From Dehalococcoidia bacterium (GTDB taxonomy: Bacteria > Chloroflexota > Dehalococcoidia > Bin125), in the NCBI GenBank assembly GCA_963555985.3, contig OY820591.1:672001-736000 (forward strand): 64,000 bases of DNA, written 5' to 3'. Below, piece after piece: positions 9,389 to 19,091 of the stretch. A model generated the notes under the pieces. It did not search any database. It saw nothing but the letters and a program-made list of their open reading frames with translations, and had not been told where the DNA came from. The number at the start of each line of letters is the position of its first letter. Position 1 is the stretch's first letter. Made by a program: the position numbers and the translations under genes.

Positions 9389-12300
9389 TGCAAGACTCGT
9401 TTACGCCGCAGGGCGGCGAGCGCCCGCACCCGCTCGGGCTCACGGTTTGCCTTGAACGCTGTTCGCCCGGCGATATCGGGCGTACACGCCGCCTCGTATG
9501 GACAGCGGCGGCAGTGCGGGCGGCGTTCGGTAGGTTCGCCAACGTTTGCTATGAAACTGCCTGCTTCGATGCCGTTTACGATCGTGCCGAACGTATCGAT
9601 CAAGTCGTCGGCGCTGGTCGGCGCAGAGTCGCCGCCCCTTCGCGCGAAGTCTGCGCCCCGCAGTGTTTGCGACGCGAACTCACCGCGCGCGCTGACCGAT
9701 CGCAGCATGGACTCCCCCGCCGCGATGCCTGTGTCACGCTCACGCAAGTGAGGCATGAGCGCGGCCAAGTCAGCGACTGGATTCAGGACAGAACCGTTGC
9801 GAAAGCCTTCAACCCCGGGATCCATCGCTCCCACCGTGTACCGCACCGCGCGCAGACGACCGTCTTTGTGTCGGTCGATTCGCTCGATCTGTCCGCTCAG
9901 TTGGACAGATCGTCCAGCCCCAATACTGAGCTTTGCGCCTTCGTAGGACGTTTGACTCTCGACCGGAGTCCAGCCGTCGCGGGCATCGGTGAGTTCGAGG
10001 CGCCGAATTCGGCTGAGATCGTTGCGGAGTGCTTCGGCGGTCTGCTCTGCCGTCGCCGGAGGTCCGAGCAAACCGCGGGCCGCCGCGTCTGGTAGAACCT
10101 CATCCGCGACGGCGTCCAACCGGCGCTCATCAGAGGTGAATTCCAGCCAGGGCGGACGAGTCTCGCCGGGGACCTCCTGGAGCCAGCGCGACAGCCAGCG
10201 TCTCAGAATGCGAACGACGAGTTGTCCGGCGACGATCGGACTGCTGGTCTCAGGCGGTTCGGCGACGCTTTTGAGCTCGATGATGTGCCGGAGAAAGAAG
10301 CGATAAGGACAGCGAACATACAGCTCGAGCGATCGAGGCGACCATTCGCGCGCAGTTGGATCCCAATCGGACGGCATCGTCAACCGGCCGTCGAATTCGG
10401 TGAAGCGTGGCGCGTTGCGCTCGTGAATCGCGCGCAGCGCCGGCTCAGCCTGCGGCCAGAATTCGGAGAGCAGCGCGGCGCGCCGCACGCCGGGCGCGGT
10501 CAGAAACGCTATCCGCAGATCGTCTGGATCAAGCGCACGCAATACCGACGACCAGTCGCTCCGTTCGACCTGTTCAGCCGTTGGAGACACTCCGGAGATG
10601 GCGGAGGGAATGCGAAGCAGGCGAGCTTGCTGAGCGAGGTCTTCTTCGCTCTCTAACACTGCCAAACGATCGGTGTCGCCGGGTGACACGGAGGCCGACT
10701 CAAGCAGGAGCGACGACGCCCGCGCCGGCCCGCCGATCGCGCTCGAGCGTCGCGCCCAGGAGACTGTGAACCGCGCGCGCGCGGCCTGACGCAGCAGCTG
10801 GAAGACCAGCCGATCGCTCACTGCTCGCTCGGACTGCAACGCAAGCGCACCGGGAACGCGCCTGTTGATCTGCGCTCGTACTTCGTCCGGCAGTAGCGGA
10901 TCCTGCCGGCCGGGCGCCGGGAACACGCGCTCGGCGCAGCCGGCGACAAACACCGCGTCGTAACGAATCCCGCGAGCCGGCCCATTGGCGGGTCCGACGT
11001 TTGCTCCGCCAATCAGCCGCTTGCGATCGCGGACAACGACGCCGTTGAGCGCCCGCAACGCAGCGCTCAGAGCTGCGCTTGGGACGTATGTGAGGCTGTG
11101 ATCGTCGAGCTGACGGAGCCGATCGACCGCCTCAATGGACAGTCGCCGACACGCCTGCTTCTCATCGTCTGCTTGCTCGCTCGCCGGCGCGAGATATGTG
11201 TCCAGCGCCTGCATCAACAGGTCTGCGGCCTCGCCCCAGGTGCGCGCCTGCTGCAACTGCTCGGAGCGCGCTGTGAGGTCATCAATGACCGTCAAGAGAC
11301 CTTGCCCCGTATCCGACTCCGTATCGTCGCTATCGAGCCAGTGCGCCAGACGCGCCCGCATTGATGGCCAGCCGCGTACCAGGGCGGCGGCGCTCGCTGC
11401 GCGTTCCCATTGCTGCGGTTGGCGTGTCATGTCATCCACTCCGAGCGGAAGCGGATTGGCCAAGCCTGGCTGCGCGAGCGCATCAATCAAGGCTGAGCGT
11501 TCGACTCGCTCGCCGTCCGTCAGGAGCAGCCGCAGCAGGTCTCGCGCCGCCCGCCCGGGCGCGCTTCGAGCAACGGACTCACCCGCAATTGGCCAGACGG
11601 GCACGCCAGCGCGTACCAGAGCAGCGCGGATTCGTTCATCCGCTGGCGCACCCTGCTGATGCAGTACCGCCACGCGGTGAAAGGGAATACCGCCTCGCGC
11701 CAGTTCGAGGATCCGTCGCGCAACCTCCTCCGCCTCCGCGATCGGATCGCCGGTGCTGAAGCACTCGGACTCGGTCAGCGGCGTTGCCGCGGTCGTATGC
11801 CGCACGAGCTCTGCATTCGACTCGCCTGTGAGCAGTTGTGTTGTCCGGATGGGAATTGAGGTGTCATTACCCGCGCGCGCTGGATCAACCATCAATATCC
11901 GCACAGCGGCGGCTTCCGCACAGCGGCGTATCAGTAGTCGTTGGATTCGTGTCAGATCGGTGATTCCGCTGACAATCAGCGGAGCGTTGCCAAGCGCCTC
12001 TCGATAGGCATCCACACTCGTCGCGTTCGAGACCGCGTCTTCGTAGATCGCTGTCCGGTCGCCCACATCGCTCACCCGCTCGCGCCACGCGGCGAACGCT
12101 TTACGGAGATCGCCCTCAGGCAAGTCTTCCGGTCTGAGCGCAGCTTCCCGCAGATCGGTCAGCGTGCGCAGGAGCGCCTGCGTCAATCCGGGCGCATCCG
12201 GATCGAATGCGCTGAGCCGCACATCCTCCAGCAGCTCTCGAACCGCCACGAGATCAGCGCCGCGCGGCCAACTCCGGCGCGGCGGCGCATTTCCGCGATC

Positions 12301-12519
12301 CACGATCGCTTGAGCAAGGTCTACCGGGGTAAACCCGTGGACGGCGGCCAAACCTCCGCCCGCCTCGGCGGCGAGCCTTCGTTGCGCGTCGATCCGCTGG
12401 AGCGAAGAGCCAAACAACAGGTTCAGCCGCGTCAGCGACGAGGCGCGTGCACTCACGATCTCGGAGAGCAGGCGCTCGGCGGCGGCAAGGTCGGGCAGGA
12501 CTTCGATCCGCAGGCTCAT
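9385..12519 (-). CDS. addB: AddB-type subunit (inactive helicase domain plus Fe-S nuclease domain)
   Basis: Coupled to addA; SPRSLELYVRCPYRFF and HCRRCPYEAAC Fe-S cysteines; F.AGCAERVFP. Confidence 0.8.
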   Translation of the reverse strand: MSLRIEVLPDLAAAERLLSEIVSARASSLTRLNLLFGSSLQRIDAQRRLAAEAGGGLAAVHGFTPVDLAQAIVDRGNAPPRRSWPRGADLVAVRELLEDVRLSAFDPDAPGLTQALLRTLTDLREAALRPEDLPEGDLRKAFAAWRERVSDVGDRTAIYEDAVSNATSVDAYREALGNAPLIVSGITDLTRIQRLLIRRCAEAAAVRILMVDPARAGNDTSIPIRTTQLLTGESNAELVRHTTAATPLTESECFSTGDPIAEAEEVARRILELARGGIPFHRVAVLHQQGAPADERIRAALVRAGVPVWPIAGESVARSAPGRAARDLLRLLLTDGERVERSALIDALAQPGLANPLPLGVDDMTRQPQQWERAASAAALVRGWPSMRARLAHWLDSDDTESDTGQGLLTVIDDLTARSEQLQQARTWGEAADLLMQALDTYLAPASEQADDEKQACRRLSIEAVDRLRQLDDHSLTYVPSAALSAALRALNGVVVRDRKRLIGGANVGPANGPARGIRYDAVFVAGCAERVFPAPGRQDPLLPDEVRAQINRRVPGALALQSERAVSDRLVFQLLRQAARARFTVSWARRSSAIGGPARASSLLLESASVSPGDTDRLAVLESEEDLAQQARLLRIPSAISGVSPTAEQVERSDWSSVLRALDPDDLRIAFLTAPGVRRAALLSEFWPQAEPALRAIHERNAPRFTEFDGRLTMPSDWDPTAREWSPRSLELYVRCPYRFFLRHIIELKSVAEPPETSSPIVAGQLVVRILRRWLSRWLQEVPGETRPPWLEFTSDERRLDAVADEVLPDAAARGLLGPPATAEQTAEALRNDLSRIRRLELTDARDGWTPVESQTSYEGAKLSIGAGRSVQLSGQIERIDRHKDGRLRAVRYTVGAMDPGVEGFRNGSVLNPVADLAALMPHLRERDTGIAAGESMLRSVSARGEFASQTLRGADFARRGGDSAPTSADDLIDTFGTIVNGIEAGSFIANVGEPTERRPHCRRCPYEAACTPDIAGRTAFKANREPERVRALAALRRKRVLQ

Positions 12520-12583
12520 GAGTCAAGCGTAGTGAGCTTGGAGAACGAGCCGATCGCTCACGGGAACCTACGCTATCGAGGGC

Positions 12584-12618
12584 AAACTGAAGCGGGGGCG
12601 GCCGAAGCCGCCCCCGCC
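12584..12618 (-). terminator. Intrinsic terminator after glnK
   Basis: Minus strand GCGGGGGCGGC-TTCG-GCCGCCCCCGC followed by TTCAGTTT. Confidence 0.7.
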
Positions 12619-12657
12619 CCAACCGGTCCCCGCGGAGGGGGGTCGGCCGTCGGTCCC

Positions 12658-12996
12658 CTAGACGGCGGCCGGCCCCCGTTCGCGAGTCCGCACGCGGACG
12701 GCGTCCTCGACTGACAGGACGAAGATCTTCCCGTCGCCGATCGAGCCGGAGCCCGCGTTGTCGAGGATCGCTTCAATCACGTCGTCCAGCGGCGTGGTGT
12801 TGATCACGATCTCGATCTTGATCTTGGGCAGGTAGTCCACCTGCACTTGCTGGCCGCGGAATTCCTGCACGATGCCCTTCTGGGCGCCGCGGCCGCGAAC
12901 CTCGGAAATCGTCATCGAGACGATGCCGATGTTTTCGAGCGCCGTGCGGACCACGGAGAGGCGCTCGGGGCGGATGATGGCGATCACCATCTTCAT
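12658..12996 (-). CDS. glnK: P-II nitrogen regulatory protein
   Basis: MKMVIAIIRPERL, EVRGRGAQKG, LPKIKIEI, GDGKIFV, VRVRTRERG; adjacent to amtB. Confidence 0.92.
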   Translation of the reverse strand: MKMVIAIIRPERLSVVRTALENIGIVSMTISEVRGRGAQKGIVQEFRGQQVQVDYLPKIKIEIVINTTPLDDVIEAILDNAGSGSIGDGKIFVLSVEDAVRVRTRERGPAAV

Positions 12997-13096
12997 GTCG
13001 ATTGTTCCTTCCTCTGCGGAGCGGTCATTGTGCGTGCCGGTCGCGGCGGTGAGGGAAGGCCGCCGCGACCGCACACGTCAATTCGCCGCAGGCTAA

Positions 13097-14563
13097 CTAG
13101 TCGCCGCCGCCGGCTGGTGAGGGTGCGGGCAGCTCTTCGCCCGCCGAGACCTCAACCGCCGTGCCAGGCGCGACCGTGGGGAATTCGGGGTAGGCGCCGA
13201 TGCCGTGCTCCTGCACATCGAGTCCGGCCAGCTCCTCGTTCTCGGAGACGCGGAGTCCGATGGTGTTCTTGATCACGAAGAACAAGATGCCAGCGGTCAC
13301 GACTGTCCAGGCGAAGACGGCCAAGACGCCGACGATCTGCCAACCCAGCGCGCTGAAACCGCCGCCCATGAAGAGACCGTGCGAAGACGCGCCCCAGGCT
13401 TCGGCGGCCCCGGCGGTGGCGAACAGGCCGACCGCAATCGTGCCCCAGGCGCCACAGACGCCGTGCACCGAAATCGCGCCAACCGGGTCGTCCACCTTGA
13501 TCTTGTCGAAGAAGGCGACCGAGTACACAACGAGGCCACCGCCGATCGCGCCGATGATGATCGCTGCCCACGGCTCCACGAAACCGCAACCAGCGGTAAT
13601 CGAAACGAGCCCCGCCAACGCGCCGTTCAGCGTGAGACCGAGGTCAGCCTTGCCGTAGCGCAGCTTCGCCACGCCCACGGCCACAATCGCGCCGGCGCCG
13701 GCCGAGAGCGTCGTGTTGATCGCGATCCAAGCCGCCTCTGTCGCCAGTCCGCCCGTCAAACCCAGCGTCGAGCCGGGGTTGAAGCCGTACCAACCGAACC
13801 AGAGGATGAACATCCCCAGCGCGGCTAGTGTCATGTTGTGACCAGGGATTGCGTTCACCCGGCCGTCCGACATGTACTTGCCAAGCCGCGGGCCAACCAG
13901 AATCGCGCCCATCAGACCCGCCCAAGCGCCGACGCCGTGCACCAGCGTCGAACCGGCGTAGTCCATGAAGCCCTCGCTGCCGAGCCAGCCGCCGCCCCAG
14001 CCCCAGTTGATCACGACCGGGTAGATCACTCCGGTGATGAACACGGTGTAGAAGAGATAGGCGCTGAACTTGGTGCGCTCGGCCAGCGCGCCGGAGACGA
14101 TTGTCGCCGCAGTCGCGGCGAAGGCCCACTGGAAGAAGAACACGGCCGCTTCGGAGACGCCGTCGGTCTCGGTCAGGCCGCCAAGTCCCGGGAAGAACGA
14201 GTGGCCGCCGATGAAGCCGCCCTGCGAGGCGCCGAAGGCAAAGCCGAACCCGACCGCCCACCAGACGACCGCGCCGAGCGAGGCGTCGAGCACGTTCTTC
14301 ATCAGGATGTTGGTGGTGTTCTTGACACGCACAAAGCCGGCTTCGAGCAACCCGAAGCCCGCCTGCATGAAGAACACCAAAATGCCGGCGAGCACGAACC
14401 AGATCGTGTCAACGGCGAGGATCAGATCCGCGACCTCCTCCGACACTTCTTGTCCGTGTGCAATCCCAAGCGTGGCCAAGAGGCCGGTGGTCAGGCCGAG
14501 GATAATCCCCAGGCCGGGTTTCCTGACTCCACCTCGGAGCCGGACCATTCGGGCAAGCTGCAT
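13097..14563 (-). CDS. amtB: Ammonium transporter
   Basis: VFFMQAGF.LLEAG.VR.KN, FAATAATIVSGALAER, DYAGSTLVH, LWFGWYGFN, DDPVGAISVHG. Confidence 0.95.
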   Translation of the reverse strand: MQLARMVRLRGGVRKPGLGIILGLTTGLLATLGIAHGQEVSEEVADLILAVDTIWFVLAGILVFFMQAGFGLLEAGFVRVKNTTNILMKNVLDASLGAVVWWAVGFGFAFGASQGGFIGGHSFFPGLGGLTETDGVSEAAVFFFQWAFAATAATIVSGALAERTKFSAYLFYTVFITGVIYPVVINWGWGGGWLGSEGFMDYAGSTLVHGVGAWAGLMGAILVGPRLGKYMSDGRVNAIPGHNMTLAALGMFILWFGWYGFNPGSTLGLTGGLATEAAWIAINTTLSAGAGAIVAVGVAKLRYGKADLGLTLNGALAGLVSITAGCGFVEPWAAIIIGAIGGGLVVYSVAFFDKIKVDDPVGAISVHGVCGAWGTIAVGLFATAGAAEAWGASSHGLFMGGGFSALGWQIVGVLAVFAWTVVTAGILFFVIKNTIGLRVSENEELAGLDVQEHGIGAYPEFPTVAPGTAVEVSAGEELPAPSPAGGGD

Positions 14564-14596
14564 GTGTACCTCCGTTCCCGAAACCGGTCTGGAGGC

Positions 14597-14682
14597 AAGC
14601 TATGGAGACAGTGGATTGCGTGGGTTTCACCCGATTTACGCACAGATTGCGCCAACGTGTCGCTGTGTTACGCGCAGATTGC
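14597..14682 (-). promoter_or_regulatory. amtB promoter with helically phased GlnR/OmpR-type boxes
   Basis: Minus-strand pentamers GCAAT, GTAAC, GACAC, GCAAT, GTAAA, GAAAC at 10-11 bp spacing; 15-bp direct repeat TTACGCRCAGATTGC (14636, 14668); candidate -10 TAGCTT. Confidence 0.55.
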
Positions 14683-14748
14683 AGCGTCAACTGGCTTACT
14701 CCGCTGACCCTCCCCACGAGCCGCTCTCAATTCACCTATCCTGCCGGC

Positions 14749-15168
14749 ATGGGACCACGACTCATCCGCGCGCTCACCGCGTTTCAACAGCCGCTCTTCT
14801 CGCTGATGCGAGGCCGATTCCAGGGACCACCCACCCTGCGCTTGATTACCACCGGACGGCGCTCGGGTAAGCCCCGCTCCGTACTCCTGCTCTATCTGGA
14901 CGAAATCGAGTCGCAGGGACGACTCGTGGTCGTCGCCTCCTATGGGGGACACCACGAAGATCCTTACTGGTGGAAGAACCTGCAAGCGCGGCCCCAAGCC
15001 GAGGTCTGGAGCGCCGCCCATGGCGCTCAGCAAGTCTCCGCCTCGGAAATCGAAGGCGAGGATCGCGAAGAAGTCTGGGAGCGGCTGATCTCGATGTATT
15101 CGCCCTACCAGGGCTACCAGGCAAAAACCTCGCGGCGGATTCCGTTGGTCGCACTGACGCCGCTCTAG
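14749..15168 (+). CDS. Deazaflavin (F420)-dependent nitroreductase, Ddn family
   Basis: LITTGRRSGKPR, VVASYGG...P.WWKNL, YQ.YQAKTSRRIPLV. Confidence 0.88.
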   Translation: MGPRLIRALTAFQQPLFSLMRGRFQGPPTLRLITTGRRSGKPRSVLLLYLDEIESQGRLVVVASYGGHHEDPYWWKNLQARPQAEVWSAAHGAQQVSASEIEGEDREEVWERLISMYSPYQGYQAKTSRRIPLVALTPL

Positions 15169-15231
15169 CCGGTTCCGCTGATACGATGATCCAGTGACCC
15201 AATCCCTCTACTGCCCGCCTGCGAGTCGGAC

Positions 15232-16743
15232 TTGAGCTTTCTCCACCGTCTTTTCCCCAAGCGCCCGCCCTCTGAGGCCGTTGCTCCTCCGTCAACTTCC
15301 TCTGCTCCCGCTGATCACCCTGTTCGCGCTCCAAGTGCAAACGGCGCTCCCTCCGCAGTCTCCCAGCCAAAGCGACGCAAGCGCCGTCGGCGCAAGCCGC
15401 GTCCCGACTCGAGCGCCCCGAGTCCGTCGCCGAACGGCACGGTCGCGCCGCCGGCCCCGGGACGTAGACAGAGCGGAAGAGGCTCACGTTCCCGCCGCCG
15501 CCGCCGTTCGCCGGGAAAGTCAACCGGCGCTCCGCTCAGCGCGACGCAGCAGGCGCTGCTCTCAGGCGGATACGACTTGCCCGCGCTGGACGAATTGGAT
15601 CGGATCGAGACGGACTCCTGGCCCGCCGCCTTCACCGAGCTCGGGCTCTCGCCGCGCATGTTGCAAGCGCTGACCGCGCTCAAGTTCTCCGAGCCAACGC
15701 CAATCCAGCAACAAACTGTCCCGCTCCTCCTGGACGGCCGCGATGTCGTCGGCCAGGCCCAGACCGGCACCGGCAAGACCATTGCCTTCGGCCTGCCTGT
15801 GGTCGAATCCTGCGATCCGCAGGAAGGCGCAGTGCAGGCGATCATCCTCACGCCCACCCGCGAATTGGCGCAGCAGATCGGAGCAGTGCTCGATTTCCTC
15901 GCCCGAGCGCGCGGACTTGAAACGACGGTGCTCATGGGCGGCCGCCGCCTCGCCGACGACTTCGCCAATCTGGAGCGCCGCCCGCAGATCGTGGTCGGCA
16001 CTCCGGGGCGCGTGATCGATCACCTCGAACGGCGCACGCTCCAGCTCAATCAGGTGCGCATCGCTGTTCTGGACGAAGCCGACCGAATGCTGGATATCGG
16101 CTTTGAGCCGGACATGCGCCGGATCCTGCGCCGCTGTCCCCAGGATCGCCAGACTGCACTCTTCTCCGCCACGATCCCCACGCCAATCAAGACCCTGATC
16201 CATCGCTACATGTATGAACCGGAGCACATCCAGATCGCGCCGGAAGTGGCCACCGCCGAAGGCATCAACCAGCGCTACTACGAAGTAGCCGATCGCGACA
16301 AGCTCCGTGCGATCGAAGAACTGCTGCCCGAGCTCTCAGGCCGCACGCTGGTCTTCTGCAACATGAAGGTGACCGTCGATCGGCTCGTGCGCCGGCTCGC
16401 CGATCAGGGACTGAACGCCGACGCCATTCACGGCGACCGCGATCAACGCAAGCGCGACCGCGTGATGGAGCGCTTCCGCGCCGGCAGCTTGCAGTTCCTG
16501 ATCGCGACCGATGTCGCCGCGCGCGGGCTGGACATTCCCGATGTCCAACACGTCGTCAACTACGACCTGCCCCAGACTGCCGAAGACTACATCCACCGCG
16601 TCGGTCGCACCGGCCGAGCCGGCCGCGAGGGCAGCGCGATCAGCTTCGTCAGCGAGTGGGACTTCGATCAGTTGGACAAGATCCTGAAACTGGTGGGCGA
16701 TGAGTTGCAGCGGGGCGAGTTGGGTCTATACGCAAGCGGCTAG
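15232..16743 (+). CDS. DEAD-box RNA helicase with a basic low-complexity N-terminal extension
   Basis: Q motif, AQTGTGKT, PTRELA, DEAD, SAT, TDVAARGLD, HRVGRTGRAG; start codon uncertain. Confidence 0.92.
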   Translation: MSFLHRLFPKRPPSEAVAPPSTSSAPADHPVRAPSANGAPSAVSQPKRRKRRRRKPRPDSSAPSPSPNGTVAPPAPGRRQSGRGSRSRRRRRSPGKSTGAPLSATQQALLSGGYDLPALDELDRIETDSWPAAFTELGLSPRMLQALTALKFSEPTPIQQQTVPLLLDGRDVVGQAQTGTGKTIAFGLPVVESCDPQEGAVQAIILTPTRELAQQIGAVLDFLARARGLETTVLMGGRRLADDFANLERRPQIVVGTPGRVIDHLERRTLQLNQVRIAVLDEADRMLDIGFEPDMRRILRRCPQDRQTALFSATIPTPIKTLIHRYMYEPEHIQIAPEVATAEGINQRYYEVADRDKLRAIEELLPELSGRTLVFCNMKVTVDRLVRRLADQGLNADAIHGDRDQRKRDRVMERFRAGSLQFLIATDVAARGLDIPDVQHVVNYDLPQTAEDYIHRVGRTGRAGREGSAISFVSEWDFDQLDKILKLVGDELQRGELGLYASG

Positions 16744-16807
16744 GTGCACGCCGAAACCGGTCCTCAGCTGCGCTGACATGGCCAGCTGAACGCTCGCAGG
16801 AGTCGCC

Positions 16808-17179
16808 ATGACCAGGCTGACAAGACGGCGCATCGGCTGGGCGATCTTCGTCCTCTCTGTCTGCGCCATGCTCGCCTTTCCCGCTTACCAAGCCATCACC
16901 CACGACAGCGACACCACCACTCCCGCCGCGCCGTCGGTCACCGTTGCCACCCCACAACCCCGATTCCTACCCCCTGCGACCGTGCCCGCATCCCGTACCT
17001 CCAGCTTCACCGCCATCAGCACATCCATTATCCGCGTCGTCCCCTCCCACGACGGCGACTGGTTGGGTCTCATCGTTCCCGAGACCATCGTCGCTGTAGT
17101 TGAGCATCCTCCCACGGTCCAGGTCGTTACCTTCAGTCCCCGGCCTGCCGTCCTGGTCCTCGAAGACGACGACGGCTGA
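16808..17179 (+). CDS. Hypothetical membrane-anchored protein
   Basis: GGAG RBS, N-terminal TM helix, Pro/Thr-rich linker. Confidence 0.5.
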   Translation: MTRLTRRRIGWAIFVLSVCAMLAFPAYQAITHDSDTTTPAAPSVTVATPQPRFLPPATVPASRTSSFTAISTSIIRVVPSHDGDWLGLIVPETIVAVVEHPPTVQVVTFSPRPAVLVLEDDDG

Positions 17180-17230
17180 CTCAGCCCGAGCGCGCCTACT
17201 ATCCTGCCTCCGAGTTGAACGGAGGCGGAG

Positions 17231-18010
17231 ATGGGACGACTTGACGACCGAGTGGCCGTCGTGACCGGTGGCGGCCGCGGCATTGGACGCGCGATCGCGC
17301 TCGAAATGGCCCGCGACGGCGCAAAGATCGTGGTGTCCTCGCGCACCCTCGAACAGCTGGAGTCCGTGGTGGCCGAGGTCGAGGAGATCGGCTCGCAGGG
17401 CTTGGCGGTGATCGCCGACGCGCTCGACCGCGACGCCTCAAAAGAACCGGTACGTCAGGCCGTGTCGCACTTCGGACGGATCGACATCCTCGTCAACAAT
17501 GTCGGCGGCGGCGCGCCGATGCGCGGCAGCCAGGACCCGTTCACGCACGACGACGATGTGTTCGAGGCCAACCTCGCGCTCAACCTCACCTCCGCCTACT
17601 GGACCACGCGCGAAGCGCTGCCGCATATGCGAGACGCCGGCTACGGCCGCATCCTCACCATCGGCTCGGGCTATGCCAAGCGCTCAGGAGGCGCACTCGC
17701 CTACAGCACCGCCAAGCACGGCTTGATCGGATTCACTCGCGCCCTCGCGCACGACACCGCCAAGCACGGGATCACGGTCAACTGCCTGTGCCCCGGCTGG
17801 ACCAATACGGCCCTGGTCGACTGGGACGCAATGGGCCGGGCGATGGGGATCAGCGCCGAGGAGGCGCATGCTCTGCGAGCTGCGGAAAATCTCCAGGATC
17901 GCGTGCTCGAACCGGAGGAACTCGGCCCTATGGCGGCCCTCCTCGCCGCGCCCGAATCAGCCGGCATCACCGGTCAGGTGATCAGCGTCGACGGCGGCTA
18001 CAAGGTCTGA
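17231..18010 (+). CDS. SDR-family oxidoreductase (3-hydroxybutyrate dehydrogenase/FabG-like)
   Basis: TGGGRGIG, NNVG, YSTAK, NCLCPGW. Confidence 0.92.
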   Translation: MGRLDDRVAVVTGGGRGIGRAIALEMARDGAKIVVSSRTLEQLESVVAEVEEIGSQGLAVIADALDRDASKEPVRQAVSHFGRIDILVNNVGGGAPMRGSQDPFTHDDDVFEANLALNLTSAYWTTREALPHMRDAGYGRILTIGSGYAKRSGGALAYSTAKHGLIGFTRALAHDTAKHGITVNCLCPGWTNTALVDWDAMGRAMGISAEEAHALRAAENLQDRVLEPEELGPMAALLAAPESAGITGQVISVDGGYKV

Positions 18011-18151
18011 CCAGCGCTCATCTGCTCGCGCAGTTCGGCACACGAATCCTCGAATCGCTCAGTTCCGTCATGGTCGCGCTCCGCCACGGCAATCTCGCGG
18101 TCCTGACGACCACGCGATAATCTGAGCCGGCAACGGAAGGCTTCCACGACC

Positions 18152-18964
18152 ATGACCTACGAAGACCTGACCCTGGACATTCAGAACGCTGTCGCCATCG
18201 TCACCCTGAACCGGCCTGAAAAGATGAACGCGATGGGCCCGCGTCTCGTCCACGAGCTGCTTGAGGTGCTCGAATCCACCCGCCACGACGACGGCGTCAA
18301 GGCGATGGTCCTGACCGGAGCCGGGCGCGGCTTCTGCGCCGGCGCAGACGTGACCGGCGGCGCGGAAGGACGCCGGCTCTCGGAAGAACTGGATGAGGCC
18401 GACAGCTTCCGCCGCCACCGGGAAGCGCCGATCGGCCACTACGGAGTGCTCTTCTCGACCCTCAACGATTACCCCAAGCCAATCGTCGCCGCGGTCAACG
18501 GCGCCGCCGCCGGCGCTGGCATGTCGCTCGCGCTCGCCTGCGACATTCGCCTCGCCTCAACCAACGCCCGCTTTGTCAGCGCGTTTGTCCACCGAGCGAT
18601 CGTGCCCGACACCGGCAGTACCTACTACCTGCCGCAGATGATCGGCAAGGGCCGCGCGCTCGAGCTGATGTACACCGGCGAGCCGCTGAGCGCCGCCGAC
18701 GCCGAGCGCTACGGTCTGACTAATCGCACCCTCGATCCTGAAACGTTGGTCGAGGAGGCGATCGCCCTGGCGGAGAAGATCGCCAGGGGTCCGTCGCTCG
18801 CGATCGAACTGACCAAACGCCTCATCAATAACCAGGCTGCCAGCTTCGATATGCAGGTCGAGCGTGAAGCCTGGGGTCTGAGCATCACCAGCAACAGCGA
18901 AGATCGTCAGGAAGGCATCGACAGCTTCGTGCAGAAGCGTCCGGCGCAATTCCGGGGTCGATAA
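18152..18964 (+). CDS. Enoyl-CoA hydratase/isomerase (PaaG-like)
   Basis: LNRPEKMNA, FCAGAD, AVNGAAAGAGMSLALACD, PDTG. Confidence 0.9.
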   Translation: MTYEDLTLDIQNAVAIVTLNRPEKMNAMGPRLVHELLEVLESTRHDDGVKAMVLTGAGRGFCAGADVTGGAEGRRLSEELDEADSFRRHREAPIGHYGVLFSTLNDYPKPIVAAVNGAAAGAGMSLALACDIRLASTNARFVSAFVHRAIVPDTGSTYYLPQMIGKGRALELMYTGEPLSAADAERYGLTNRTLDPETLVEEAIALAEKIARGPSLAIELTKRLINNQAASFDMQVEREAWGLSITSNSEDRQEGIDSFVQKRPAQFRGR

Positions 18965-19091
18965 GACCGGGCAAGCGCAGGCTAGCAACCCGTGCTATAG
19001 CGGCCATCGCGGCCACATCTCCCCCAACACGAAGGCCGCCTGCCCTGGTGCCATCCTAGCGGTTCAGCAGACCCGTAATGGAGGAATTCCG

